Source: Lama guanicoe (Eukaryota). Taken from it: 64,000 bases of DNA. The stretch covers positions 256,490-320,489 of the forward strand of contig MU053379.1 in assembly GCA_013239625.1 (NCBI GenBank), written 5' to 3'. Positions 26,915-38,853 of the stretch are shown one piece after another (positions within the stretch are counted from its first letter, which is position 1; each line of letters begins with the position of its first letter). A program made the position numbers and the translations under genes. The notes under the pieces are model-generated. The model worked only from the letters and a program-made list of their open reading frames with translations, made no database searches and had not been told where the DNA came from.

Positions 26915-27386
26915 AGTACTGGTCAGGGTCTTCCAGAGAAACAGAATTAGTATGGTGTAAGAGAATTATTACGAGGTGCTGGCTCATACAGTCACAGAGG
27001 CTGAGGAGTCCCATGGTCTACCATGTGCAAGCTGGAGACCCCAGAAGGCTGGTGGTGGATCAAAGGCCTGAGAGCTGGAAAGCGGACGGTGTAGATTTGA
27101 GTCTGAGCCTGAAGGCTGGATAACCAAGAGTGCAGAAGGCAAGAGATCAGTGTCCCAGCTCAACAGTCAGGCAGAGTGAGAACTCAGCCTTCCTCCAGCT
27201 TTCTGTTCTACTCAGGCCCGCAGCAGACAGGATGATGCCCGCCCACACTTGGGGTTGGGAGTTGCACCTGCTTCACTCAGTGCACAAATCAAGTGCTAAT
27301 CTCCTCCAGAAACACTCTCACAGACACACCCAGCTATCTGGGTACCTGCTGGCCCTGTCAAGCTGACAATAAAATCAGCCATCACA
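26915..27386 (-). mobile_element. ERVL solo LTR (MLT2B-like)
   Basis: gtcagggtcttccagagaaacagaa...tgcaagctggagacccca...ggcctgagagc...gtcaagctgacaataaaatcagccatcaca. Confidence 0.88.
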
Positions 27387-27387
27387 G

Positions 27388-27459
27388 TCTGTCCCTTCCC
27401 CACGTGGAAATTGACACAGCATTGTAAACTGACTATAACTCAATAAAATAAAATTTAAC
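27388..27459 (+). mobile_element. Tiny camelid-type L1 insertion with a 5' inversion
   Basis: Sense L1 tail 27405-27459 preceded by an antisense L1 3'UTR piece; flanked by 17-bp TSD aaaat(ca/tg)gccatcacag. Confidence 0.8.
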
Positions 27460-28154
27460 AAAATTGGCCATCACAGAAGGGGAGCAGGCAGCACCCTGTC
27501 TCCTTCATTTGACCTGTTTGTTAGTGTCACTGTCCTTCCTGGAAATTTCCTGTTCAGTCCTTTCTCCCCACAGTCCACAGCAGAAGAAAGCTAGAAGTTA
27601 CCATGGAGAGATTTTCCTTTGCTGTTTATCTCTGCTGGTTTTATGCCTGAACCCCAAGGAAGCTGATCTTTCCCATGTTTACTGCTTCATGCAGGCACTA
27701 GAGAAGGATGCGCAATTGTCCCTCTTTACCAACATCTCCAAACTGTGCTTGGCTGCAGACCTCATTTTCATGACAGCAATGTCTTTAGTGAGCCAGTGGC
27801 CTGGTGGGCCTGGCAGGTCTAGGGGCATATCCAAAGAAACTCAATGAAACTACTGAACTGCTCAGTACAATGCCCTCTCCAGACAACCCACACTCACTCA
27901 GACTGAGGGAGAGCTCCCCTGAAGTCTGCTTTGTCCTTTAGAGGATCTGGAAGGTAGCAGGGATCACTGAGCGCTATGCAGATCTTCTAGCTCAGCTCGC
28001 TTGTCTGGAAGGCCATGCCTTTGAGGTGGTAATGGGCCAGCTCTGACTCACAAGACTCACCTCTACCTCAATCATTTTCTTCCTGATTTTCTGGTTTATA
28101 GATCAGTCACGTGGCCTTTTTAGGCCACAAAGTTTTCATTGTTAAATGGTTTGT

Positions 28155-28293
28155 CATAGTAACTCCCATGGACTGAGCATGTGCTGGGTGCCAGGCACCA
28201 TTCCAAACACTCCCAAGGGTTGTCTCTTGTAATATTAATGGCTTCCCTTAAGCCACAATGATCATTGTCCCCATTTTACAGATGAGGGCATTG
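28155..28293 (-). mobile_element. MIR fragment
   Basis: gtgccaggcaccattccaaacact...tgtccccattttacagatgagggcattga. Confidence 0.75.
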
Positions 28294-28728
28294 ACCCTAC
28301 ATCACATCTGAAGTCTATCTGGACAAACAGAAATGCTCTCCTTGCTGGGCCCCCTGAGTTGTGTCAGAAACGGAATTCCTTTCTTTTCAGAATGCAGCTG
28401 GCTGTCTTCTATCCCTTCTCTCCCCTCTCCTAACAGATCCTCATAGACAACAGTAGGGGATCAGCAGTGGGCTCTGTTTGTGCACACGCAGGATGTGTAG
28501 GAAGACAGGTGCAAAGGTTATCTCTCTGGTTTTCCAACCACCTTCCCTCTTTTTCTTAGGACATGTCTTCATCTTTTCCACTCAAAGAGCATCTTTCTCC
28601 TTCTCTCTCAGACCCATAATTGATGCTCTTTCATTATTGTGATTAAAAAATCCCCATCCTACTAGCATTTTCTGTTTGAGTCTCCCTCAGATAGGTCCAT
28701 GAAAAAGGACAAAGAGCCCAGATTCTAT

Positions 28729-28820
28729 ATATGTACGTATATGCATGACTGGGACGCTGTGCTGCACACCAGAAATTGACACATTGTAACTGTCTACACT
28801 TCAATAGTAATAATAAAAAA
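28729..28820 (+). mobile_element. Young L1 3' tail with perfect TSD
   Basis: atgactgggacgctgtgctgcacaccagaaattgacacattgtaactg + A-tail; aaagagcccagattctat at 28711-28728 and 28821-28838. Confidence 0.92.
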
Positions 28821-28967
28821 AAAGAGCCCAGATTCTATTTTGGAAAATACTCATCCACATGTTACCATGCACCCAATTTCCACAGTATGTTACGTGGGTT
28901 GCAGACCCAGCCTAAGCCGGGTCCAAAGTGGGCTGTACAACAAACCCCAGGAAGGACGATGACAAGC

Positions 28968-29450
28968 GATGGGATTCAGGACACTCTACCCCTAAAATTT
29001 TGTATCTTGGCACATTGGATATGTTAAGTTAAAGGAGTCTGAAAAAACAGCAGAACCACCTTCTCCCCTGAAAAAGGTCATAAAACCCTCATGTGAGGGA
29101 CATCCCGCCTACACCCACAGGAAAGAGCATCTTTATCTTCCAAGATGAAGTTACGCCGAGAAGACTGTGAACAAACAGGACATGCTACGTCTCCCCCCGT
29201 TCACCAGCCTGCCTCATACTCCTTAGCCTACCTTTCCTCCACGACTGTCCGCTTGTCATCAAACCCAGCCTGAAAATGCCCAGTTCTGTTTCCTCAGGTC
29301 TTCATTTCCCTGTGAAGGCTCCCACGCCATGTAATGCTTACGTCAGCTAAACGTGTGTGCTTTCTCCTGTTCATCTGTCTCCAGCAGTCTACTTTTCAGA
29401 CCCAGTCAGACGCCCCACGCGGGTCCAGGAAAACTTTTGCTCTGCTCTGA
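28968..29450 (+). mobile_element. ERV1 solo LTR (MER34A-like)
   Basis: gatgggattcaggacactctacccctaaaa...ttggcacattggata...ggtcataaaaccctcatgtgag...ggtcttcatttcc...gaaggctccc. Confidence 0.8.
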
Positions 29451-30254
29451 GGATGAACCCCAGTCTCAGGAGCCCTGAATGGTGCTCGCTCTGTGCTTGG
29501 GTTTCGTGTCTATTTCTCTGTGATGGTTTCATTTCTCTCCTTGGAGGAAAGCAGGGCTGATGGCAGCTTCCAAGCATTCTATTTTACAACTTCACAGAGA
29601 AATTTAGAATTTCCCCTTTTTCTCCCTGTGGGAAGATTAATCGGGCCAAAGACCCAAAGTAAGAACACTCAGATCACGGGCCTCTGAAGAGAAGGGAGCT
29701 GGAAGGGTAGATGCTCCCTGGGCATCCAGGACACTTACCCTCATCACCCCCATTGGTATCTCAGCACAACTTCTCAGGCAAGCATGTTATTGGACCAACT
29801 GAGTATTGAATTATTTCTGGACTTTCAAACAGTCTCCTGCTACCTTCCATGCTGATGTTAAGTTCTTCTGCCTAGAAGACCCCAAGCCCTCCTGTTCCAC
29901 CTGACTTGCCTTCCCCATCTCCTGCATTTGTGCCTTCCCCACGCCTACCCTGCCACACACCTCCCTGGGTGGTGCTAATTCAAGCCGCCCTACCTTTCCT
30001 TCTCTAAAGACACATTATTAGCTCACACCTTTCACTTCTTTCTCACCTCCTGCTTGTACCTCCTAATTAGCAGTGTTTCTGTAATTTGTTAAGGCCAAAC
30101 ATGAGCATGCTGCCTCACTAACTGCGTGTTTTACTCTACATTCTTGGTGTCCCAGCTAGATTGTGGGTCCCCACGGGCAGGCACCTTGCCTTGTACTTCC
30201 TTCTGCTGTACCTCATATTACAGCATCAGGGGTGCCTTGTTAGGCTGACTTGGC

Positions 30255-30686
30255 AAACCATCTTAAAACTTAGCTGCTTTAAGCCATTTATTTAGCTCAT
30301 GCTTCTGTGAATTGACAATGTGAGCCAGACCCAGATGGGCTGTTCTGATGGCCTTGGCTGGGCTTACCCGTAGGTCTGTGGTCAGTTTCTTGTCACCCAG
30401 GCAGCTCTGCTTCTAGAGTTGGCTGATTGCTGACTGAGGTATAAGTGGTGACTGGGCTGCACGTTTCTGACCAGCCAGCACATCGGCCTGGCTCATTCAC
30501 ATAGTGGTGGCAGATTTCCAGGAATGGCACACGAGGACAGGCTCAGTCTCTACTCTTGTCACATTTGCTGTTGTCTCATTGACCAGAGCAAGTCACACGG
30601 CCAGGGTCAGAGTCAGTGGGGAAAGAGAACAATGAAACAGATATAGGCAGGAGACGAATTTTTCCTGTTTTTGCAATCTGTTGCAT
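30255..30686 (-). mobile_element. MaLR solo LTR (MLT1H/I-like)
   Basis: aaaacttagctgctttaag...atttatttagctcatgcttctgtg...cattgaccagagcaagtcacacggcca...tttttgcaatct. Confidence 0.75.
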
Positions 30687-30788
30687 AAGGTATATTCTAA
30701 GTTCTCAGGAAACATATCCATACATACCTTTATTTATACCATTTATTGTATATTTTTGTTTAAAAATCTAGCTCTTTTTTATTCTTTT

Positions 30789-32204
30789 TTTAACTTTTTT
30801 TTATTGAGTTATAGTCAGTTTACAATGTTGTGTCAATTTCCAGTGTAGAGCACAATTTTTCAGTTATATATGAATATAGACATGTTCATTGTCACATTCT
30901 TTTTCACTGTGAGCTAACACGGTATCTTGTATATATTTTCCTGTGCTATACAGTATAATCTTGTTTATCTATTTTACATATGACTGTCAGTATCTACAAA
31001 TTTCCAACTGCCAGTCTGTCCCTTCCCACTCCCCTCCCCTCTGGCAACCACAAGTTTGTATTCTGCATCTATGAGTCTGCTTCTGCTTTGTATTTTTTTT
31101 TTTTTATATGAGTGATCTCATATGGTATTTTTCTTTCTCTTTCTGGCTTACTTCACTTAGAATGATATTCTCCAGGGATGTCCATGTTCCTACAAGTGGC
31201 ATTATGTTGTCATTTTTATAGCTGAATAGTATTCTATTGTATAAATACACCACATCTTCTTTATCCAGTCATCTGTCAATGGACATTTAGGCTGTTTCCA
31301 TGTCTTGGCTTTTGTATATAGTGCTGCTATGAACATTGGGGTGCAGCTGTCTTTTTGAAGTAGGGCTCCTTCTGGATATATGCCCAGGAGTGGGATTCCT
31401 GGGTCATATGGTAAGTCTATTCCTAGTCTTTTGAGGAATCTCCATACTGTTTTCCATAGTGGCTATACCAAACTGCATTCCCACCAGCAGTGTAGGAGTG
31501 TTCCCCTTTCCCCACAGCCTCTCCAGCATTTGTCATTTGTGGACTTTTGAATGATGGCCATTCTGGCTGGTGTGAGGTGATACCTTGTTGTAGTTTTGAT
31601 TTGCATTTCTCTGATAATTAGTGATATTGAGCATTTTTTCATGTTCCTAATGATCATTTGTATTTCTTCCTTGGAAAATTGCTTGTTTAGGTCTTCTGCC
31701 CATTTTTGGATTGGGTTGTTTGTTTTTTTCTTATATGAGCTGCTTATATATTCTGGAGATCAAGCCTTTGTCCATTTCATCTTTTGCAAAAATTTTCTCC
31801 CATTCCGTAGGTTGTCATTTTGTTTTGTTTATGATTTCCTTTTCTGTGCAGAAGCTTGTAAGTTTCATTAGGTCCCATTTGTTTATTCTTGCTTTTATTT
31901 CTATTGCTTGGGTAGACTGTTCTAGGAGAACACTTTTGAGATGTATGTCAGATAATGTTTTGCCTATATCTTCTTCTAGGAGGTTTATTGTATGTTGTCT
32001 TATGTTTAAGTCTTTGATCCATTTTGAGTTTGTTTTTGTGTATGGTGTAAGGGAGTGTTCTAACTTCACTGATTTACATGATGCTGTCCAGTTTTCCCAA
32101 CACCATTTGCTAAAGAGATTGTCTTTATTCCATTGTATATTCTTGACTCCGTTGTCAAAGATTAGTTGACTAAAAGTTTGTGGGTTCATTTCTGGGTTCT
32201 CTAT
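30789..32204 (-). mobile_element. Young camelid-type LINE-1, 5'-truncated (about 1.4 kb), ORF2 C-terminus disrupted
   Basis: ORFs 31815-32252 (QLIFD...WNKDNLFSKWCWENW...KWIKDLN) and 31463-31657 ([18 protein letters not shown] zinc knuckle) are L1 ORF2p; 3'UTR matches 373-690. Confidence 0.95.
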
Positions 32205-32407
32205 TTTTTTCTTCTTTTGTTGAAGGATGGTCAGTTTATAGTGTTGTGTCAATTTCTGGTGTACACCATGTTTCAGTCATACATATACATACATATATTC
32301 CTTTTTATATTATTTTTATTATATACTACAAGATATTGAATATAGTTCCCTGTGCCATACAGTAGAAACTTTATTTTATATATAGTAGTTAGTATCTTCA
32401 CATCTCA
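32205..32407 (-). mobile_element. Short older L1 3' end that hosts the 30789-32204 insertion
   Basis: ttgaaggatggtcagtttatagtgttgtg...gaatatagttccctgtgccatacagtag; outer TSD aaaaatcta(g/a)ctc at 30762-30774 and 32408-32420. Confidence 0.85.
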
Positions 32408-32609
32408 AAAAATCTAACTCATAAAACATTAGTAGAGATGATTCACTTGGAATGATATTCCCTCTGTAATCATGTTCTATTTTTTAAATTGGTCTTTTTC
32501 ATACTATATTTGCTCACCTTCTCTCTCTGTCTTATTTCTCATTTGATCCTTTCATTGACTGGATGGATCCTTATCATTTTTGAAGTTGTATCCTGCACTT
32601 TGGGGCTTT

Positions 32610-32666
32610 GTGTGTGTTTGTGTGTGTGTGTGTGTGTGTGAGTTTGTGTGTGTGTGAACATGTGTG
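32610..32666. repeat. Imperfect (TG)n microsatellite
   Basis: TG repeats with interruptions. Confidence 0.9.
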
Positions 32667-33397
32667 TACATCGGCATATATGCATATATTTGGTAAATAG
32701 GGAAATATTTCTCCTTTGCCAAGTTTTAATTTCCTATAATCCAATATCACATTTTTCAAATGTAAGTCAAGTTATAAGGGGAAAAAACTGAATATGTACA
32801 TAATTTTCACATGTGCTAATTTTTCCAATATTCTGCACTAGGAAAGGCAATAATACCAAAACTGATTGGACAGGCCATTCATTACTCAGGTATAAGTTCT
32901 ATGCCTCCTTTGATGCACACTCTGGAAAACCATTTTGAGGCAATGATGCTGCAATGGTGGCAAACAACCATGGTTCTTTGAACTTTCAGTTCAGCAGCCA
33001 GGGATGTTGACCTTCATCCTCATGCATGAAGCTCAGCCCTAGCAGAGGAGGCCCAAGCATGTCAATTAACATTTCAGGTCAACCACATTCTTTAATTATG
33101 TTCACCAGTGGTTACTCAATACACATTTTGCTCACTCCATATTTTAATGGTTCTATGCAGAAAAATGTATTGCACATTCAGAAAATGAGTCAGATCTTTT
33201 TTTCTTTTTGAAAGCATTTATCAAACTTTAGAACTTTTGAAGGAGAAGGCCAAAGTAGCAGTTTAAGAGACTATCTCAAGGTCTAATCCCCATAATAAGC
33301 CCTCATTGCATATCCCTCTTTGTAGTTCTGTTTCTCTAATCACACCATTCCTAACATTCAGTTTTCTCTTTGCCATTTCAAATGGCACAGAGCTTTA

Positions 33398-33670
33398 TTT
33401 GGGGTTTTCCCCAGAAGCAGATCCTGAGACAAGGACTTGGGGGTAGACAGTTTGTTTAGGGGATGGCCCCACAAAGCACCCTGAGGGAGTAAAGAGAGGG
33501 GGGCAAATAAGAAAGGAGGCAGTAGGGAGTGTGCTAATGAGGGTCACTCCTGGGGGGCACGCAGTGGGCAGTCAGCCTCAGGCAGTACCCTCGTAGTGTA
33601 AAGTCTGGGCACTTATCCACCTGTTCCCACCCTCTGTTGGGTGAGGGTTGCCCCCAAAGACATAAACCCT
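33398..33670 (-). mobile_element. ERVL LTR fragment (LTR33/LTR16-like)
   Basis: ttccccagaagcagatcctgagacaaggacttggg. Confidence 0.6.
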
Positions 33671-33909
33671 ACTGCCTCAGTCTCTCCATCTGATAAAGGG
33701 AGTCATTATGCTGTTTTTCTAAACCAGGGGAAAAGGTGAACTATACAAAAAGTCTAAGGGGAGAAATGGCACATCAGAATGGGAGAAACTTGAGCTCAAC
33801 TTCTCTTTAAATTATGTTTTCGGGGTGGCTGCCCTAACAAAATCCTCGCTCCACTTACAATTGTAAAAGTGAAATATTCAAATGTTTCCCTCAGTCAACT
33901 AAACATCCC

Positions 33910-34290
33910 CGTTACTTTTAGATCCTGCTGCATACCAAACAGTTGGTTCACAGCATTTGTTTCTTGCTTATGGCCTGTGAACCAGCTGTGTCTCAGCTTG
34001 ACATGGCTCAAGGTGACAGCTGGACTGATGTCTACTCCATACGTTTCTCCTTGGCCAGCAGCCACTGAGGTCATGCCCTGTTCTTGGAGGTTCACAGCAG
34101 TGTGGGAGGCTTGTTCAGGGTATCTGTTCAAATGGTGTCCATTAATATTCCATTGGCCAAAGCAAATCAGACCAAAAACAAAGAGTGAAAAAGTGCCCTC
34201 AGCCCACCATGAAGCCATGGCAGTGGCAGGGACATTTAACTCTATAACTGAGACATAGTGAAAAACTGAGCAATAATTCTACTCACCACA
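33910..34290 (-). mobile_element. MaLR LTR (MLT1I/J-like)
   Basis: cagcatttgtttcttgcttatg...tccattggccaaagcaaatca...ctactcaccaca. Confidence 0.55.
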
Positions 34291-34429
34291 ACATTCCCAA
34301 GTTCAAAGTCACTTTCTCATCATACCTGCTTTTCTGGCCTCTTGCAAACCCTGGAGCAGTGCCTGGCAGGATCTGTTCACTGAGACTCCTTCTCAGCTGT
34401 CATGGCATTTCCTGTAGGGAAAATGTCTA

Positions 34430-34848
34430 TAGTAGACTGTTTTGGTGGTAGGCTGTCTTGTGTTTGGGGAATTCACCATTCCCTAGCTGCTGTGAGTGTT
34501 GGCTGATAATGGTTCCCAGCTGCCCTCTTCAGAGAATTGCCCTCTGTTAATAGGATGCCCCACCCTGGGAGGGGAAACCCAGAGACATGACTGATTTATG
34601 CAGAATACAAAATCCCGTCCCCTGTCTCAAGGTGAGGACAATTTGGCAATATAATTTATGTTCTAGGATGTTCCTGTAGATCAGACCAAGGCTAAATTTT
34701 CTCTGTGACTACATCCTTTCTTATTTCTTTTTCTATCCTTCTTCTCTTACTCACTTGCAGTTTTCTCCTAAGGGGATGTCTTCAAAAAATTACATGCACC
34801 CAAGTCTTTTTCTCACGCTCTGTTTCTAGGGAATCTGACCTAAGACAA
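34430..34848 (+). mobile_element. ERVL solo LTR (LTR16-like)
   Basis: gctgctgtgagtgttggctg...cagagaattgccctc...ctctgtttctagggaatctgacctaagaca. Confidence 0.8.
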
Positions 34849-35269
34849 TGCCTTTTTTTTTTTTTCGGTATCTCTTTTAGTGTTCCCACAGTACCCTGCC
34901 ATTTCCCAAACTGTGAGTGTGCATGAGATGAATAAAAACTTAGAAATTCTTATTGCTTAGGATGGGTGCCTGAAGCTTCCTCACAGCCTGCATCCAATAT
35001 TCCTAGTTATCTTCAACCAATATCTACTTCATATTTCTTCATCTTAACCACATCGTCATTGTGGTTCCTTATCAAATATCTTACATGATCTGCATTGTCT
35101 AGAGTGTCTCCCTCATCCATCACTCCCTGGAAAGCATTGTGTTTAGTCTGTTAAGTTTTGACAGGCCCCTAAGGATCCTAGTGATCACTCTCCCTTCTTT
35201 TCCACACAGAGATGTTATCCTGGAGGTCCAGGACATTGGAGGCTGATGTTTAGGGAGGGAATAAAGTAA

Positions 35270-35407
35270 AATGAGCGTGGACTTTGGAAATGACAGATTT
35301 GTGTTCAAAATCACAGTTCTATCATTGACAAGCTGTTGTTATGGCCAAGCTACTTAACATCTTAAAGCCTCGGTTCAGCTTCTATAAATTAAGTATGATG
35401 GTACTTG
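35270..35407 (+). mobile_element. MIR fragment
   Basis: ggactttggaaatgacagatttgtgttcaaaatc...ccaagctacttaacatctt...gcctcggttc. Confidence 0.7.
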
Positions 35408-36709
35408 AACAACGATGTTCTCCTTTGCACCCAGAGAAATGTGTGATTATAACCACAATTTTCTACAATGCTGTGAGCTGCTTTTGAGCAGTGTCCTGAA
35501 TCTCAAGTTTATTTCAGGTAGAGAAAATGGGACAATATGTGGGTACCAGGCAGCCCTGAGCCTGCACCTTCACTATGATGGCTTTCATTCATAAGGTGCT
35601 TGCTATGTGTCAGCTGCTATGCTCAGCCCTTCATATGTGTTGTCTTGGGATCCGTCAACAACCCGGCATTGTTCTATTTCTTACCTCCTTGTGGCTATAG
35701 GCAGTTGACCAGCCAGTGACCTTGAAAATGTTTGCAGCTGTTGACTTCCATCTCAGGAAATCAGGATTTGAGAGAAGGTAGAGGAATTGGACTAAGAAAT
35801 GTAGACGTGTGCTGCCTGGAGGGACTGAATGGAATACAGAAGCCCACCCACTGCACTCAGTGGGTGACGAATTAGACTGAGCTTACAGGGTTTTTACCCC
35901 CACCAGGCATCCTAGGGTCCATTTTTGTTTGCTTTCTGTAGAAGTCAATCTTCATCACCTCTACAAAACTCACTGGTCCCATTGGTTCTTCAAGCATTCT
36001 CTTATTTCATTTTCCTTCTGTGCATCCAAATCCTTTCTTGAGCTTTGTCTTCATTGTCAGCTTTCTGCCATTTGCCACATACATTGCTTGGATTTTGAGG
36101 GGTTCTAACCTTGATTTGGAGGAAGAAAATCCAAAAAGATAAAAATATCCTCATCTCCTTTACACCCAGGATACTGTGTGATTACAACTGCAATGTTCTA
36201 CAAGGCTGAGAGATGCCAGTTGCCTGGTGCTTCTTAGCAGTGTCCTGGATCTGAAATGATAGTTCCACCTGGCTTTTTCCATATCCATGACTTCTGTTGG
36301 CACTGAATGCAGCTGTGTAAATCTCCAGCCAGTAAATTCTGCTCTGTGATTCCCCAGGCTGTTCATTTATTATTAATTACAACCATTATTTATGTAGAAC
36401 TGGAGAGTTTTATGTCAAGGCTGAGGTCCAGCTAGAACATAAAGCTGTGTGGCAAACAGCTAAAAGGCAAAAGAACACAAGGGATCAGTAACCTTGCCTC
36501 CCCCAATCTCCTCCCTCCCCCACCAAGGACAGAGGTGGAGAGAGGAGGCATGAACAGGTATAGACAGGAAGCTGAGGGAGGAATATGCCTTGCATGAGCT
36601 TTTATGCTCTGACAAGTTCCCTTTTGAAGCAGAGGGAGCAGCTGAGGAGGCAGAGAGGGTAATATATTCTGAAATTTTATGGCTGGAAGGATAGATCATT
36701 TTATACGTG

Positions 36710-36830
36710 AATTTATTTATTTATCCAACAGTCAATTATTGAGTGTTGATTGTGTGCTTGGGATAGGAAATACAGAGATGAACAAAACATACGTGATCCA
36801 TACCCTCCTGGAACATACATGTTGGTTGCA
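36710..36830 (-). mobile_element. L2 3' end
   Basis: atttatttatccaacag...tattgagtg...gaaatacagagatgaacaaaaca...ccctcctgga. Confidence 0.65.
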
Positions 36831-37074
36831 TTAATGGACAAAGCTGAGACAAGGGCAGTAATCTGGGTAGGGGAGTCCAGAGGGGTGGAGTGGTCAGGGT
36901 GGCAGGAGTGGGATAAGAGGGTGGCCAATTAAGAGCAAAATCAGCATGAACATCCTTTTCATGGAGAGCCATTCTGTCTCATTGTGGCAGTTTTCTAGGC
37001 CTAGGTTTTTGTTCTAACTCTCTCTTGGAAGATGAACTCAGAGGCTGCTACTCCAACATCAATACAGTAGGGTG

Positions 37075-37310
37075 TTGTTATTTAACTCATATGAATCTAC
37101 ATGTCAGGTACTGTTCTGAGTGTTTTACACACATCAATTCACTTAATTGATATAACAACTTCTCAAGGTCGATTCTATTATTGTTCTCATCTTATAGATA
37201 AGGAAACTGAAGCACAAAAGTTTAGCTATCTTGCTGAGTTATGCAGATGGTAAAACTGGGGTCCAAATTCAGGCAGTCTGGATCCAGAGTGATCCTTTCA
37301 ACCACAGTGT
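37075..37310 (-). mobile_element. MIR SINE
   Basis: tgtcaggtactgttctgagtgttttacac...cttatagataaggaaactgaagcacaa...caggcagtctggatccagag. Confidence 0.85.
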
Positions 37311-37426
37311 GCTTGGATTTGAAGATGCTGCAGCTCTACCCCTTGCCTTTTATCACAGAAAATTATCATTCATTCACCTTAAAAGAATGCACCAAATGCT
37401 AACTACACATCTTGTGCTAAGAATAC

Positions 37427-37640
37427 AGAGAGACAGAAAGTCTTGGTGGTTGCCAGGAATTGAGGAGAGGAGCAAATTTGGAGTAACTGCCCAATGGGTT
37501 TGGGGTTTTCTTTTGGGACGAGGAAAATGCTTTGGAACTAGGTGGTTACACAGTATTGTGAGTTTACTACATGTCACTGAGATGTTTGCTTTAAAATGGT
37601 TAATTTGATGCTATGTGAATTTCTCCTCAATAAGAAAAAA
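37427..37640 (+). mobile_element. LINE-1 3' end (L1MB-like)
   Basis: agagacagaaagt...tggttgccagg...ttttgggacgaggaaaatgctttggaactag...ctttaaaatggttaattt...tcaataagaaaaaa. Confidence 0.85.
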
Positions 37641-38103
37641 GAAGGTAGGGATGGAGATGAGAGACCTGGAGGGGTGAGAGTGGTGTGATCGCTTCATTCT
37701 AATGCAGTGGGGGATGGACGCTAACAGAATTTCACATACATCTTATATATTGCTATGGAGACCCAGAGGAGGCAAGGATTTATTCAGCCCGAGTGGTTAG
37801 AGAAGCTTTTTACTGAGGATTTCTATTTGAACTAAGCCATGGCAAAGATCATAAATCCAGGAAGCTTTGTGGGACAGGATGGTAATGTAAATGTTTTGTC
37901 AGCAGAAAAGCAACAGGATGGGGTACAGATTTCCCAAGTGTCTATGTCCCTCCCAGGGACATTCAAAACTACAAATGTTAAATATTGTGGTGGCCAAATA
38001 AATGAACCTATTGCCTTGATGTAAGCACATTAGTGCTGGATTTTACTCCTGGCCTTAAAGGATTAGGAGAATTTTAATGGGGGAAGGCATTATTTGGGTG
38101 GGC

Positions 38104-38440
38104 ATCTCAGTTTGAGTTACCCCAGAACCAGACCCTGAAAAGAGGATCTGGTTGCAAATGGCTTATTTGGGGCCTGGAGGAAGCCCAGTGGGCAGTGGGG
38201 ACGTGAGACGGATGGTCAGGAGCTCCACCAAGTGTGCTTTCACACTAGGCACCTTTCTGGGCAACTGCGCCCTGATCCTTCTGTGTAAAACACTAAGCCA
38301 GGTGAAGGTGAGGGAGCTGGGGCATTTATACCCCTGTTCCTCCCAGTCATTGCTTCAGGGCTGCTCCCAGGAGCACTTGCAGCCTGCTGCATTGGCCAAA
38401 ATGTCAGGGGCTTGTCTCTGACGGTGAGGGGATACAGGCA
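38104..38440 (-). mobile_element. ERVL LTR (LTR33-like)
   Basis: ccccagaaccagaccctgaaaagaggatctggttgcaaatggcttatttggg...gagggagctggggcatttatacccc. Confidence 0.7.
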
Positions 38441-38469
38441 GGGCAAGAACAACACTTACTACCATGGAT

Positions 38470-38853
38470 GTCCTTGCTGCAGAAGGAACTGGAAATAGCC
38501 AAGCAAAAGCAGGGAGAGCAGGGCTTGCTGGCTGAATGCTAGGACCTGGGGCACCTGAAGGAGAGTCAGTCAGTTGGATGCTCCTAGCACTGTGAATCTT
38601 GTAGAGAACTAATTTGTGGTTGCAGTGCTCAGTGGCAGTGCTGAGTTCAGTGGTGATAGGTGGCACACTGAGCAGCCTGCTCCTAGGCTCTCCATCACCC
38701 AGCCTCCCTGAGCTCTTCTGTTGCCTGAGCCTGGATCTCCAGGCTCCCCTTTGATTCTGCAGAGTTTCTGATACCTTCCACCAAAGTTGCCTCTCTGATT
38801 AACTTAGTCAAAGTATATCTCTGTTCCTTGCAAACGAAGACCCCACTGGTACA
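38470..38853 (+). mobile_element. MaLR LTR fragment (MLT1J/K-like)
   Basis: 3' end ...cttagtcaaagtatatctctgttccttgcaaacgaagaccccactggtaca. Confidence 0.45.

Noticed and set aside
29482..29495. gtgctcgct resembling the 5' end of U6 snRNA
   Set aside because: The match ends after 9 nt.
36864..36924. G-rich run as a possible G-quadruplex
   Set aside because: G-tracts are separated by long irregular loops; common in mammalian DNA and lacks supporting context.
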